Part shown: one piece after another, positions 56,863 through 64,000 of the stretch
Position numbering within the stretch: position 1 is the first letter of the stretch
Layout: every line of letters starts with the position of its first letter
IMG/VR virus record: IMGVR_UViG_3300006169_000035
Length of the DNA: 64,000 nucleotides
Reading direction: 5' to 3' (one strand)
DNA from: an uncultured virus (IMG/VR IMGVR_UViG_3300006169_000035)
Lineage: Duplodnaviria > Heunggongvirae > Uroviricota > Caudoviricetes
Notes under the pieces: model-generated
What the model was told of the DNA's origin: nothing
Databases searched by the model: none
The model's input: only the letters and a program-made list of their open reading frames with translations
Position numbers and translations under genes: made by a program

Positions 56863-57386
56863 CACTGCAACTCCTCGATGGACACGCCCTGGCCTTGCGC
56901 CCACCGTTGCATCATCGCGTACCAGGTCGCGACGTCGTCTTCGGTCAGCATGCTGTCCTGCTGCATCACCGTGATCAGCTCGGAGAACACGACCGCGAAC
57001 AGCTTGGCTTCGCCCGGGAGATTGGTCCGGGCCGGATAGGTCGCGCAGCTCGGAGCCAGGCTTCGCACGTAGCGAGCTGCAATCGCGAACGGATCGACGG
57101 GTCCCGACGCCGAAGCAGACCGGATGCGCTGACGAAGTTCGTCGCGCAGTCGTGGCTGATCGACGAGATCGAACGACGCGCAACCGGGAGCGACTACGAT
57201 CGGACGACTCAGCAGATCGTCGTCCGTGGCTGCCCACGCGATGGTGGCGATGGTAGCGATCGCGATGACGCTGCCGCCTACGCCGAGCGCGATCTTCTCG
57301 GCGCGCGAGAGATTTCGCAGCGGGTTCCTGATGCGCCGCAGCGGGTTACCGATCCGCCGAAGCGGATTGCGAGGGCTGACCCTCAT
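56862..57386 (-). CDS. Single-pass membrane protein with triple NPLR leader
   Basis: RNPLRRIGNPLRRIRNPLRNLS then TM. Confidence 0.8.
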   Translation of the reverse strand: MRVSPRNPLRRIGNPLRRIRNPLRNLSRAEKIALGVGGSVIAIATIATIAWAATDDDLLSRPIVVAPGCASFDLVDQPRLRDELRQRIRSASASGPVDPFAIAARYVRSLAPSCATYPARTNLPGEAKLFAVVFSELITVMQQDSMLTEDDVATWYAMMQRWAQGQGVSIEELQ

Positions 57387-57389
57387 CGG

Positions 57390-57887
57390 TCAGCACTCCC
57401 CTTCTGGCGGACACGGCATCCACGAGTAGTACCAGCTTGGGGGATAGAAGGCCGTCGGACGCGGGGCAGCCAACGGCCGCGCCGCCATCTGCTGGGCGAT
57501 TTGCATCGCCGAAAACGGGTTCGCGATCGGCAAGCCGCCGCGACTGGCGATGTAAGCCGAGGCGACCGTCTGCGCGACCTCGGGCGACTCGTAGGGGCCG
57601 GGAAAGAGCACCGGCCCACCGGGGCCATGACCGACCGTCGTCGAATAGCCTGCCGGCGTCTGCTGGACCGAGTAGGGCTGCGTCGGAGCGACCCACGGCC
57701 TGCCGTATGGGTAGTACGACGAGTAGCCCCACGGCCATCCGTATGGGTTGCGCTGTCCGGAGCTCGCGAGGAAGGTGTTGCTGCCTCCTCCGTAGCTGCG
57801 GAAGCGCGGGTTCGCCGAAGGATTGGAAAGCCCGAGCGCCTGACGGCGGGCTTCCATGATCGGGCCACTGCTTCTTCGTCGTCTCAT
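57390..57887 (-). CDS. Tyr/Pro/Gly/Trp-rich low-complexity protein with NP motifs
   Basis: MRRRRSS...SNPSANPR...QRNPYGWPWGYSSYYPY; GGAGG RBS. Confidence 0.7.
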   Translation of the reverse strand: MRRRRSSGPIMEARRQALGLSNPSANPRFRSYGGGSNTFLASSGQRNPYGWPWGYSSYYPYGRPWVAPTQPYSVQQTPAGYSTTVGHGPGGPVLFPGPYESPEVAQTVASAYIASRGGLPIANPFSAMQIAQQMAARPLAAPRPTAFYPPSWYYSWMPCPPEGEC

Positions 57888-58885
57888 GCTGCACCTCCAA
57901 GCGTTCGCTTGTTGTAGTAGCTCTGATTGGCGACGGTCCCGAGGAGCTGCACGGCCGTCCAAGCCTTCCACTCGGCGCCCCCGTACGCGTACGGCGAGAG
58001 CCCCTGCGACCAGTCCGAGCTCGGCACGAGCTGCGTCAGGATCCGACCGATGGCCGCGTCTCGATCCGCTGCCTTCGACCAGTCCACGCCGTTGCCGATC
58101 TGCACGAGCGCAAGCTCGTACACGGCTCGAGTATGCTCGGGCGTGAGGCCGGTGATCAGCGTGGAGATCGCCTTGGGATCGACGTTGGTCGACAGCGAGT
58201 AGGTGCCGCCTTCGTCGACGAGCACCACATGCGTGTCGTCGAGCAGGCCGTCCGAGCCAACAACTCCGAACATCGCGCCGGCGGGCGACTCGACTTGTCC
58301 GGCGACGAGGACGTTGAGCACCGGCACGGTCTCGTACTCTTCGAAGTTCGCCTCCGGTGTCTGGACCATGATCGGCTGTTGGATGTCGAGCATGACGTAC
58401 GGCACGTCGCCGATCGTGGTCGAAGCGCCAAGGATGCTCGCGACACCTTCCCCGCCTCCAGGAAGCTGAGCTCGCCGACGCTGCACGAGACGATAGGCGC
58501 CGTAGCCTGTCGCGGCCGCAAGAACGCCTCCTCCGAGCGCGAGCAAGATCGTCGAGCCCGCAGGGTTCATGCGGGGGTTGCTCTTCTTGCTGTCGGGGCT
58601 GAAGCCAGCGAGGTAGCCACCGAGTGCCGCGCCGATCGGACCGAGGAACACGCCGCCGAGGCCACCGCCGATCGCACCTCTGCGCTTCCTGTCGTCCTTG
58701 GCTCCGTAGTAGCCGCCGAGCGCTGCTCCGCCTGCCCAGCCGACCCACGTCACGACGGCTCCGAAGCCCTTGGCTCCGAGCGCCATCAGCAGGTGACCTG
58801 GGATCCCGCCGATGATGCTGCCGATGAACGCTCCGAGGCCGGAGTGGTTGTTGACGGGGTTCTTCCTCTTGCGTCTGCGGCTCAT
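57884..58885 (-). CDS. Glycine-zipper membrane module joined by NP motifs to a second TM-anchored module
   Basis: MSRRRKRKNP...GAIGGGLGG...KKSNPRMNP-TM-domain. Confidence 0.8.
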   Translation of the reverse strand: MSRRRKRKNPVNNHSGLGAFIGSIIGGIPGHLLMALGAKGFGAVVTWVGWAGGAALGGYYGAKDDRKRRGAIGGGLGGVFLGPIGAALGGYLAGFSPDSKKSNPRMNPAGSTILLALGGGVLAAATGYGAYRLVQRRRAQLPGGGEGVASILGASTTIGDVPYVMLDIQQPIMVQTPEANFEEYETVPVLNVLVAGQVESPAGAMFGVVGSDGLLDDTHVVLVDEGGTYSLSTNVDPKAISTLITGLTPEHTRAVYELALVQIGNGVDWSKAADRDAAIGRILTQLVPSSDWSQGLSPYAYGGAEWKAWTAVQLLGTVANQSYYNKRTLGGAA

Positions 58886-59040
58886 GCTCCACCTCCGAGC
58901 GCTGCGCTCTTCTTCTTGCGGGACTTGTAGGCCAGGATCCCGCCGGCGACGACGAGCCCAACCGTGAGACTCACGGGTAGCAGCCAGGGGCTGACCCCGA
59001 GCTTGTAGTTCTTGCGTCTGCGTTTGCGCTTGCCTGCCAT
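58882..59040 (-). CDS. 52-aa membrane peptide with basic-N leader
   Basis: MAGKRKRRRKNYKLGVSPWLLPVSLTVGLVVAGGILAYKSRKKK. Confidence 0.7.
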   Translation of the reverse strand: MAGKRKRRRKNYKLGVSPWLLPVSLTVGLVVAGGILAYKSRKKKSAALGGGA

Positions 59041-59459
59041 CACGTCACCTGATCGTATTTGTCGACGAGGATCGCGAGCGCTTGCTCGCGGGTGGCCGTA
59101 GGCCAGAAGCCATCGACCACGAGACCTTTGAGGTTGCTTCCGGTTGCGACCACGACGTAGTTGCACGGCGGATCACAGACGTCGGAAGGTGAGCGGAGCT
59201 TGAGGATCCGCCACGCGAACTTGAACCCTTGCGGCCCTTCGACGTCGTAGAAGCCGACGTCGTCGAGATCCCATCCCATGGGGAACGAGCTCACCTCGGG
59301 CATCGTTCCCTCGAGCCGTTCTTCCCACCACTGCTTGGGCTGCTCGATCGCCTTGGGGCGGCTCAGCACACGCACGAGCAGGACGGCCGCCGACGCAGCG
59401 ACGACGCCGGTGCCGATGAGCGCGGGGATGAACCAGGTCGGGTTACGTCGCCGAGTCAT
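59040..59459 (-). CDS. Single-pass membrane protein with basic-NP leader
   Basis: MTRRRNPTWFIPALIGTGVVAASAAVLLV. Confidence 0.8.
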   Translation of the reverse strand: MTRRRNPTWFIPALIGTGVVAASAAVLLVRVLSRPKAIEQPKQWWEERLEGTMPEVSSFPMGWDLDDVGFYDVEGPQGFKFAWRILKLRSPSDVCDPPCNYVVVATGSNLKGLVVDGFWPTATREQALAILVDKYDQVT

Positions 59460-60214
59460 CAGTGGATGAGCCCCCTCGGATGCAAGTCGAGCTCGCCTCC
59501 GTGAATGATGATGATGTTCGGGACGGTGCGGTCGGTGTCCTGCCAGATCCAGACGTCGTACCAGTGGTTGTGGATGTACTCCTGCGCTTCGAGCTTCGCG
59601 GGATCGGGATCAGCGTCGTTCCACTTGTCCGACGCGTAGCTCAGACTGTCGGCTGCGCCGATCGCCTTCACGCTGACGTCTGGGATCCCGACGGTCAGCA
59701 GGCACTGCGGGTCGCGCTGATGCCAGCTGCGGTAGAGCTCGACGCTCTCCCACATGGAGTCCGGGATCGGGTTGCACTCCTGCGGGTAGGGCTGGTTCGG
59801 CATCGCGTAGAGCATCTTGCGGCCGTTGTCCCACCACAGCAGAGGCGGATGGTTGCGATCGAGCTCACGAACCTGCAGACGACCTCGCCGATCGAGGAAC
59901 ACGTACTCCACGAGGACACCGAGATCGATGAGCGGCTTCTTCGGCATGGGCGCCTTGCCGCCGCCGGGCCAGTGGCACACGCCGTCGCTACAGCGCTTCC
60001 AGGTCTGCTTGCCGGTCTGGTTCCACCGAAGCGTGATCTCTCGCCACGCTGCCCGACGAGCCAGATCCTTCTTCCCGTAGACGTCGAGGCCCTCCTCGTA
60101 CGCCTCGTCCCACTCCTCGCGCACCGCATCTGGCAGCGTTCGAGGGGATGGATCCGGGGGATCGTGGATCGACGGCAGCGCGTTGCGGCGTCGCTTTGGG
60201 ACCTTCGAAGGCAT
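59459..60214 (-). CDS. ChaB-like N-terminal domain fused to an unknown domain
   Basis: LPDAVREEWDEAYEEGLDVYG..DLARRAAWREI...W...G..W resembles ChaB. Confidence 0.65.
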   Translation of the reverse strand: MPSKVPKRRRNALPSIHDPPDPSPRTLPDAVREEWDEAYEEGLDVYGKKDLARRAAWREITLRWNQTGKQTWKRCSDGVCHWPGGGKAPMPKKPLIDLGVLVEYVFLDRRGRLQVRELDRNHPPLLWWDNGRKMLYAMPNQPYPQECNPIPDSMWESVELYRSWHQRDPQCLLTVGIPDVSVKAIGAADSLSYASDKWNDADPDPAKLEAQEYIHNHWYDVWIWQDTDRTVPNIIIIHGGELDLHPRGLIH

Positions 60215-60711
60215 CAGTCGTCGTCTTCCTCTTCCTCGTCGTCCTCGTAGAACTCCTCGATCCTCCGTTCGAGCTTGCGGAAGTGCTCTTCCTGCTTGGC
60301 GTCCTGTCGTGCCTCGAACTCCGAGAGCATCCGACGCAGATCGTCGGACGTCGTGCGCTGATCTGCAGCCGCAGCCGCCGTGGCCGCCGCTGTCGCACGA
60401 CGCCTGCGTCCCGTCGAGCGCAGTCGTGGGCTGTACGTGAGCGACTCCGGCATCGTGTCGTCGTACTGCGCTTCGGGCGGACCGTAGTCGCCTTCGAACC
60501 GAGGTGGCGGAGCAGGCGGAGCATCCTTGCGCTTCACCGCGCGACGAATGAGGTTGATGAGCCCATAGCCTCCGGCGACCGCGAAGACGCCGATGAAAGC
60601 ACTGACCGCGGACGTCAAGATCGTCGTCTTGATGAGCTCGACTCGCTGATCGCGGACCTGATCGTCTGTGGGCGGGTTGGGCACGGCACGGATGTTGGGA
60701 TTGTCGACCAT
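60214..60711 (-). CDS. Single-pass membrane protein with acidic tail
   Basis: MVDNPNIRAVPNP...TM...EDDEEEEDDD. Confidence 0.7.
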   Translation of the reverse strand: MVDNPNIRAVPNPPTDDQVRDQRVELIKTTILTSAVSAFIGVFAVAGGYGLINLIRRAVKRKDAPPAPPPRFEGDYGPPEAQYDDTMPESLTYSPRLRSTGRRRRATAAATAAAAADQRTTSDDLRRMLSEFEARQDAKQEEHFRKLERRIEEFYEDDEEEEDDD

Positions 60712-60715
60712 GGTG

Positions 60716-61345
60716 TCACGCGTACGCAGCCGAGCGACCGACGGCGGCAAGAACCGCATCGATGCCCGGCCAGTGGTAGTTGCTGCGGATTGCCCTCTTG
60801 AACATGAAGTTCGGATCGATGCCAGCGCATTCGAGACCGCGTGCGAGTTGCGATCGGTAGCCGGGATGATCGACATCGTCGGTGTCGGTCGGGTAGCCCC
60901 AGCAGCGGCGGAAGGCGAGCCAGTCGAGCTCCTGGCCCTCGTCGCCAAATGGGATGCACCGATGGATGTACCACGCCGCGAGAGCGGTCGCGGTCCACGG
61001 ATCCTTGAGCGCTGACGCAGGCAGCCCAAGATCGTAGACCCGAGCAGACTCGGGCCGCATGCCGTAGAGGCCACGGGCCGCGTTGCCGGAGTCCGATCCC
61101 GCGTTCGGATTGCCGCGGCTCTCGATCCAGGCGACGCCGGAGAGGAAGTCGCCGAGGCCGTCGAGGTTCGTGATCCGCTCGATCGGCTTGGCCATCTCGT
61201 GGATGAGCGCGGGCGCACCCGGATCGACCCATCCTCGGCAGAGCTGCGGAGCAGCATCGGGCAACAGGGCGTATACGCCGGTGCCCACGAGCGCCGCGAC
61301 GCCAACGCCCAGAGCTCCGTACGCCGCCCACTGCGGGATCTTCAA
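60716..61345 (-). CDS. Membrane-anchored lytic transglycosylase (SLT-like)
   Basis: N-terminal TM; VAWIESRGNPNA.....ARGLYGM...L.DP.....A.WY. Confidence 0.75.
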   Translation of the reverse strand: MKIPQWAAYGALGVGVAALVGTGVYALLPDAAPQLCRGWVDPGAPALIHEMAKPIERITNLDGLGDFLSGVAWIESRGNPNAGSDSGNAARGLYGMRPESARVYDLGLPASALKDPWTATALAAWYIHRCIPFGDEGQELDWLAFRRCWGYPTDTDDVDHPGYRSQLARGLECAGIDPNFMFKRAIRSNYHWPGIDAVLAAVGRSAAYA

Positions 61346-61668
61346 CGCCGCCCTCCCGCGCTGGCTCGCTTGCCGCGCTTCTTCTTGTATGCGAGGGCTT
61401 TCTCGGTGACGACGTGCACCATCGGCTCGGCGACGTCGAGCAGGTCTCGATGCTCTGGAAGAACGCGACGGCCAACGCGAGCCATGAGCGTCACCAGGTC
61501 GTTCTTCTTTTCGAGCCGGAACCGCGGGAGGTCTTCGTCGACCAGGAGTTCGGCGATGAGCTTGCCGAGTTCCTCTTCGTTCCTCGCGGAGTGGACACGT
61601 TCGAGCGCATCGGTGACCAGGTAGTGGTCGTCGACGCGACGGATGCTGAGCAAGATCGGATCGTTCAT
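61342..61668 (-). CDS. Hypothetical protein with basic tail
   Basis: MNDPILLSIRR...KKKRGKR; coupled ORF. Confidence 0.6.
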   Translation of the reverse strand: MNDPILLSIRRVDDHYLVTDALERVHSARNEEELGKLIAELLVDEDLPRFRLEKKNDLVTLMARVGRRVLPEHRDLLDVAEPMVHVVTEKALAYKKKRGKRASAGGRR

Positions 61669-62081
61669 CGCAGCCACCCCGTCAGTAGAGCACGGTACCA
61701 AGCCGGACCGGGAGGCATGTGTCGCGGCCGGGGCGTACGTGGCGGAGGCGGGTACGATGCGGGGATTCCCGTGGTGTTGAGCAGGGCGGCTACGCTGCTC
61801 GCAACGCGGCGCGTGAACTCCATCTCGGGACCGGTACGCGGGGCTCCGATCGGGATCGAAGGTGCAAGACTGGAAACGATCTCGGACGTGATCGCGTCAG
61901 CGTTGTCGCCCCAGGCCACGCGAGCTCGACCGTAGGTAGGCAAGAAGCACGACGAGATCCAAGAAGGCGTCACCCGGAGCCGGCCAGCGGCGAACGGAGA
62001 CGAGCACGGACGAGGATGCGCCGGCGCGAGTACGACGTAGCCGTGGCGGCTGCGACGAGGGTATGTGCTCGCGGCGACCAT
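61665..62081 (-). CDS. Hypothetical protein
   Basis: Fills the operon gap; ATG adjoins the upstream stop. Confidence 0.5.
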   Translation of the reverse strand: MVAASTYPRRSRHGYVVLAPAHPRPCSSPFAAGRLRVTPSWISSCFLPTYGRARVAWGDNADAITSEIVSSLAPSIPIGAPRTGPEMEFTRRVASSVAALLNTTGIPASYPPPPRTPRPRHMPPGPAWYRALLTGWLR

Positions 62082-62984
62082 TCAGACCCCTGGCAGCTCC
62101 ACTCCCGACATGTCGATGCCGAGTCTCATGATCGCAGGCGGGGGATGAAGCGTGCTCGAGCCGTCGCTCCACGCCCCGAAGCGGATCGAAGGCATCGGGT
62201 TGTTCGGTGACAACGCGGCGAGGTCGAAGGCAGGCATCCACACCAGCATCTGCCGGCTGCCGCGGGAGCCCGGCAGCGAGCGTCCTGCCACGCTCGTCGT
62301 CCTCCTGAGCGAGCGTCCCGACTGGATCCGATCGAGGTTGTCGGCGTGTCGCGGCAGCCAGTTGAGCCCGCGACCCTCCGCGTTGAGCACGTAGGCGCCG
62401 GAGAGTGGTCGCGCCGGATCGCCGCCGGGCTTGTTCGGATCGTTGCCGCCGGCGAGGTTGAGGTTGCTCTGTCCGTAGAGCAGATCGTTGATGCCACCGA
62501 CGACCATGATCGCATCGCGGGTCTCTCGTCGCAGACGTCGCCCAAGGGACGCGTTTGCTTGCTGACCCTCAGCGGCCGCGATCGATGGATCGTTGCCCGC
62601 CATCGCAAGCGCAGATCCGAGAAGGGCCCGCACCATGCGGTCATACCCCCACGATGGCTTGAAGGGTCCGCTCGCGTCGCCGGCGTTGAACCACGTCGAT
62701 GGCGTCGGGTAGTTCTCGTAGTGCAGCGCCGGGAACTCCCACGGGTATCCCGGGTCGTCAGGCGTGACGATCTCCCACGCTGTCGACTCGTCGGAAGGCT
62801 CGTCGTCCTCCTCGTCGCTCTCGCCATCGTCGACGTCAGGCAACCGCGGGCCGAGCGGCTCTTCGGCAGTCGCCCTCCTGCGACGCGATGCAGCGTACGC
62901 AGCTCCGCCTAGACCGAGTACGAGCGCTCCCGATCCGATCATGAGCACCCACTGCGTGGGCGTCGGATTTCGTCTACGCCTCAC
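62082..62984 (-). CDS. Single-pass membrane protein with basic-NP leader
   Basis: GGAGG RBS, GTG start: RRRRNPTPTQWVLMIGSGALVLGLGGAAYAASRRRR. Confidence 0.8.
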   Translation of the reverse strand: MRRRRNPTPTQWVLMIGSGALVLGLGGAAYAASRRRRATAEEPLGPRLPDVDDGESDEEDDEPSDESTAWEIVTPDDPGYPWEFPALHYENYPTPSTWFNAGDASGPFKPSWGYDRMVRALLGSALAMAGNDPSIAAAEGQQANASLGRRLRRETRDAIMVVGGINDLLYGQSNLNLAGGNDPNKPGGDPARPLSGAYVLNAEGRGLNWLPRHADNLDRIQSGRSLRRTTSVAGRSLPGSRGSRQMLVWMPAFDLAALSPNNPMPSIRFGAWSDGSSTLHPPPAIMRLGIDMSGVELPGV

Positions 62985-63742
62985 TCCACCTCCCAGAAGT
63001 TGTTCCAAGCGTACCAGCCGTCCTCGAAGTCGTAGATCCCGATCCCGAGACGCACCATGAGGTAGTCCCACCAGAGCTTGAAGTTCGGGTTCTGCTTGAG
63101 CGCCTGCTTGTTGAGCGGGTCGGGACACCGAGGCATGCGTGCCTGCATCTCGGCGAGCTCGGCGTAGATCCGTGATCCGATCTCGCGAATCGAGTCCTCT
63201 TCGAGAGGAACGTCGTCACGCGCGTAACGAGCGACGAGGCGCGCGACGTAGCCCCAGGCGGTTCCGGTCTGACCGGTTGGGCTGACGTATCGCAGCGCGT
63301 CGGCCAGCGTGGCCTGTGCAGACGGCCCTCCGTTGACCGGCATCCACCAGTTGCCCCACTCCTGGTAGCCGGGCACCGGCAAGAAGAGACGACCTTCCGC
63401 GATCACCTTGCAGTCCGGACTGATGTAGACGAGGTTGCCGTTCCAGTCGAAGTCGCGCGGGATCCCACCAGCTCCGTACTGTCCGCCTCCCCATCCCTTC
63501 TTGCGCGGCGGAGGACCTTGGTTGTCCGGGCCCGGGATGATCTCGCCCGATCCAGGGATGTCCGGATCGATGTCGGGCTCTCGCTCGCCAGGTGGCAGCA
63601 CGGGACCGATCGGCTCTTCGCCGGCACTCTTCTTCCGGCGGCGCATCGCGTACGCTCCGCCGGCAATGCCGAGTCCGAGCGTGCCAGCGGCAACGAGGAT
63701 GGCCCACTGAGTGGGCGACGGGTTTGGCAGACGCAGTCTCAT
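62981..63742 (-). CDS. Single-pass membrane protein with NP leader
   Basis: MRLRLPNPSPTQWAILVAAGTLGLGIAGGAYAMRRRKK. Confidence 0.8.
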   Translation of the reverse strand: MRLRLPNPSPTQWAILVAAGTLGLGIAGGAYAMRRRKKSAGEEPIGPVLPPGEREPDIDPDIPGSGEIIPGPDNQGPPPRKKGWGGGQYGAGGIPRDFDWNGNLVYISPDCKVIAEGRLFLPVPGYQEWGNWWMPVNGGPSAQATLADALRYVSPTGQTGTAWGYVARLVARYARDDVPLEEDSIREIGSRIYAELAEMQARMPRCPDPLNKQALKQNPNFKLWWDYLMVRLGIGIYDFEDGWYAWNNFWEVE

Positions 63743-64000
63743 GCTGGACCTCTGTCGTTGATGGGGCAGATCTCGGTGCTGATGAGCGCCTTGCGAGCCA
63801 CGAATCCGAGTTCGGAGAAGAGCTGCGAGGCGGTGGGGTGATCACCCGTCACGGGCGGCCAATCGAAGTCAGGGTATAGCTCGCGAGCCATGCACAGACG
63901 GATCTCGTTGGTGAGTTCGTCGATCGTGGTCGTTTCGCTTGCCGCCTTCACGAGAGGGGCTCCGCACTCGCAGACGAGTTCGTCGAGGACCTCGAACTGC
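63739..64000 (-). CDS. Hypothetical protein, 5' end probably outside window
   Basis: Frame open from the window edge (QFEVLDELVCECG...LYPDFDWPP...). Confidence 0.65.
   Translation of the reverse strand, partial: QFEVLDELVCECGAPLVKAASETTTIDELTNEIRLCMARELYPDFDWPPVTGDHPTASQLFSELGFVARKALISTEICPINDRGPA

Larger units (their letters stand above)
1..64000. mobile_element. Segment of a large temperate virus / phage-plasmid genome (ends not in window)
   Basis: Dense small ORFs with overlapping start/stop codons; typical phage families (DUF4031, DUF1643, DUF4326, DUF1653, ASCH, HNH, GP88, DUF5661); own integrase, ParB, clamp and helicase; no ribosomal or metabolic host operons. Confidence 0.85.

Noticed and set aside
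1..64000. tRNA, rRNA or other structured RNA genes
   Set aside because: None recognised by eye and intergenic gaps are short; tRNAscan-SE and Infernal would be needed to exclude them

Overview
High-GC, densely coding segment of a large, probably temperate virus or phage-plasmid, with many ATGA/GTGA overlaps and no host housekeeping operons. Two lipoproteins with Ser/Thr/Gly-rich linkers hint at a myxobacterial host (inference). Layout: (1) 1-8.8 kb, leftward accessory genes (HerA-like ATPase, esterase lipoprotein, DUF4031, XRE regulator). (2) 8.96-25.5 kb, rightward maintenance/replication arm (tyrosine recombinase, HNH, ParB, stand-alone RNAP alpha-CTD, ASCH, beta-clamp, RecD/Dda helicase, HiPIP-like protein). 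(3) 25.4-36 kb, mixed block (HAD, DUF4326, DUF1643, ParB-like/RelA-SpoT fusion, M23 peptidase, GP88-like, DUF2935, beta-helix fibre). (4) 36-47.8 kb, glycosyl-/methyl-/sulfotransferase cluster plus a DNA methyltransferase. (5) 48.3-64 kb, leftward, probably structural operon of many single-pass membrane proteins, a histone-like protein, a ChaB-like protein, a lytic transglycosylase and modular polyproteins; no head-tail genes recognised. The main hidden signal is a protein-addressing code. A basic-run+Asn(-Pro) motif punctuates about 20 unrelated proteins, with 11 copies delimiting the modules of one 759-aa protein. A shared C-terminal tag, x-A-x-R-L-[AVS]-[NR]-[GP], ends five unrelated soluble proteins, including the alarmone synthetase. 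Together these suggest a virion cargo-loading and Asn-directed maturation system. All family calls come from motif recognition by eye, not database searches.
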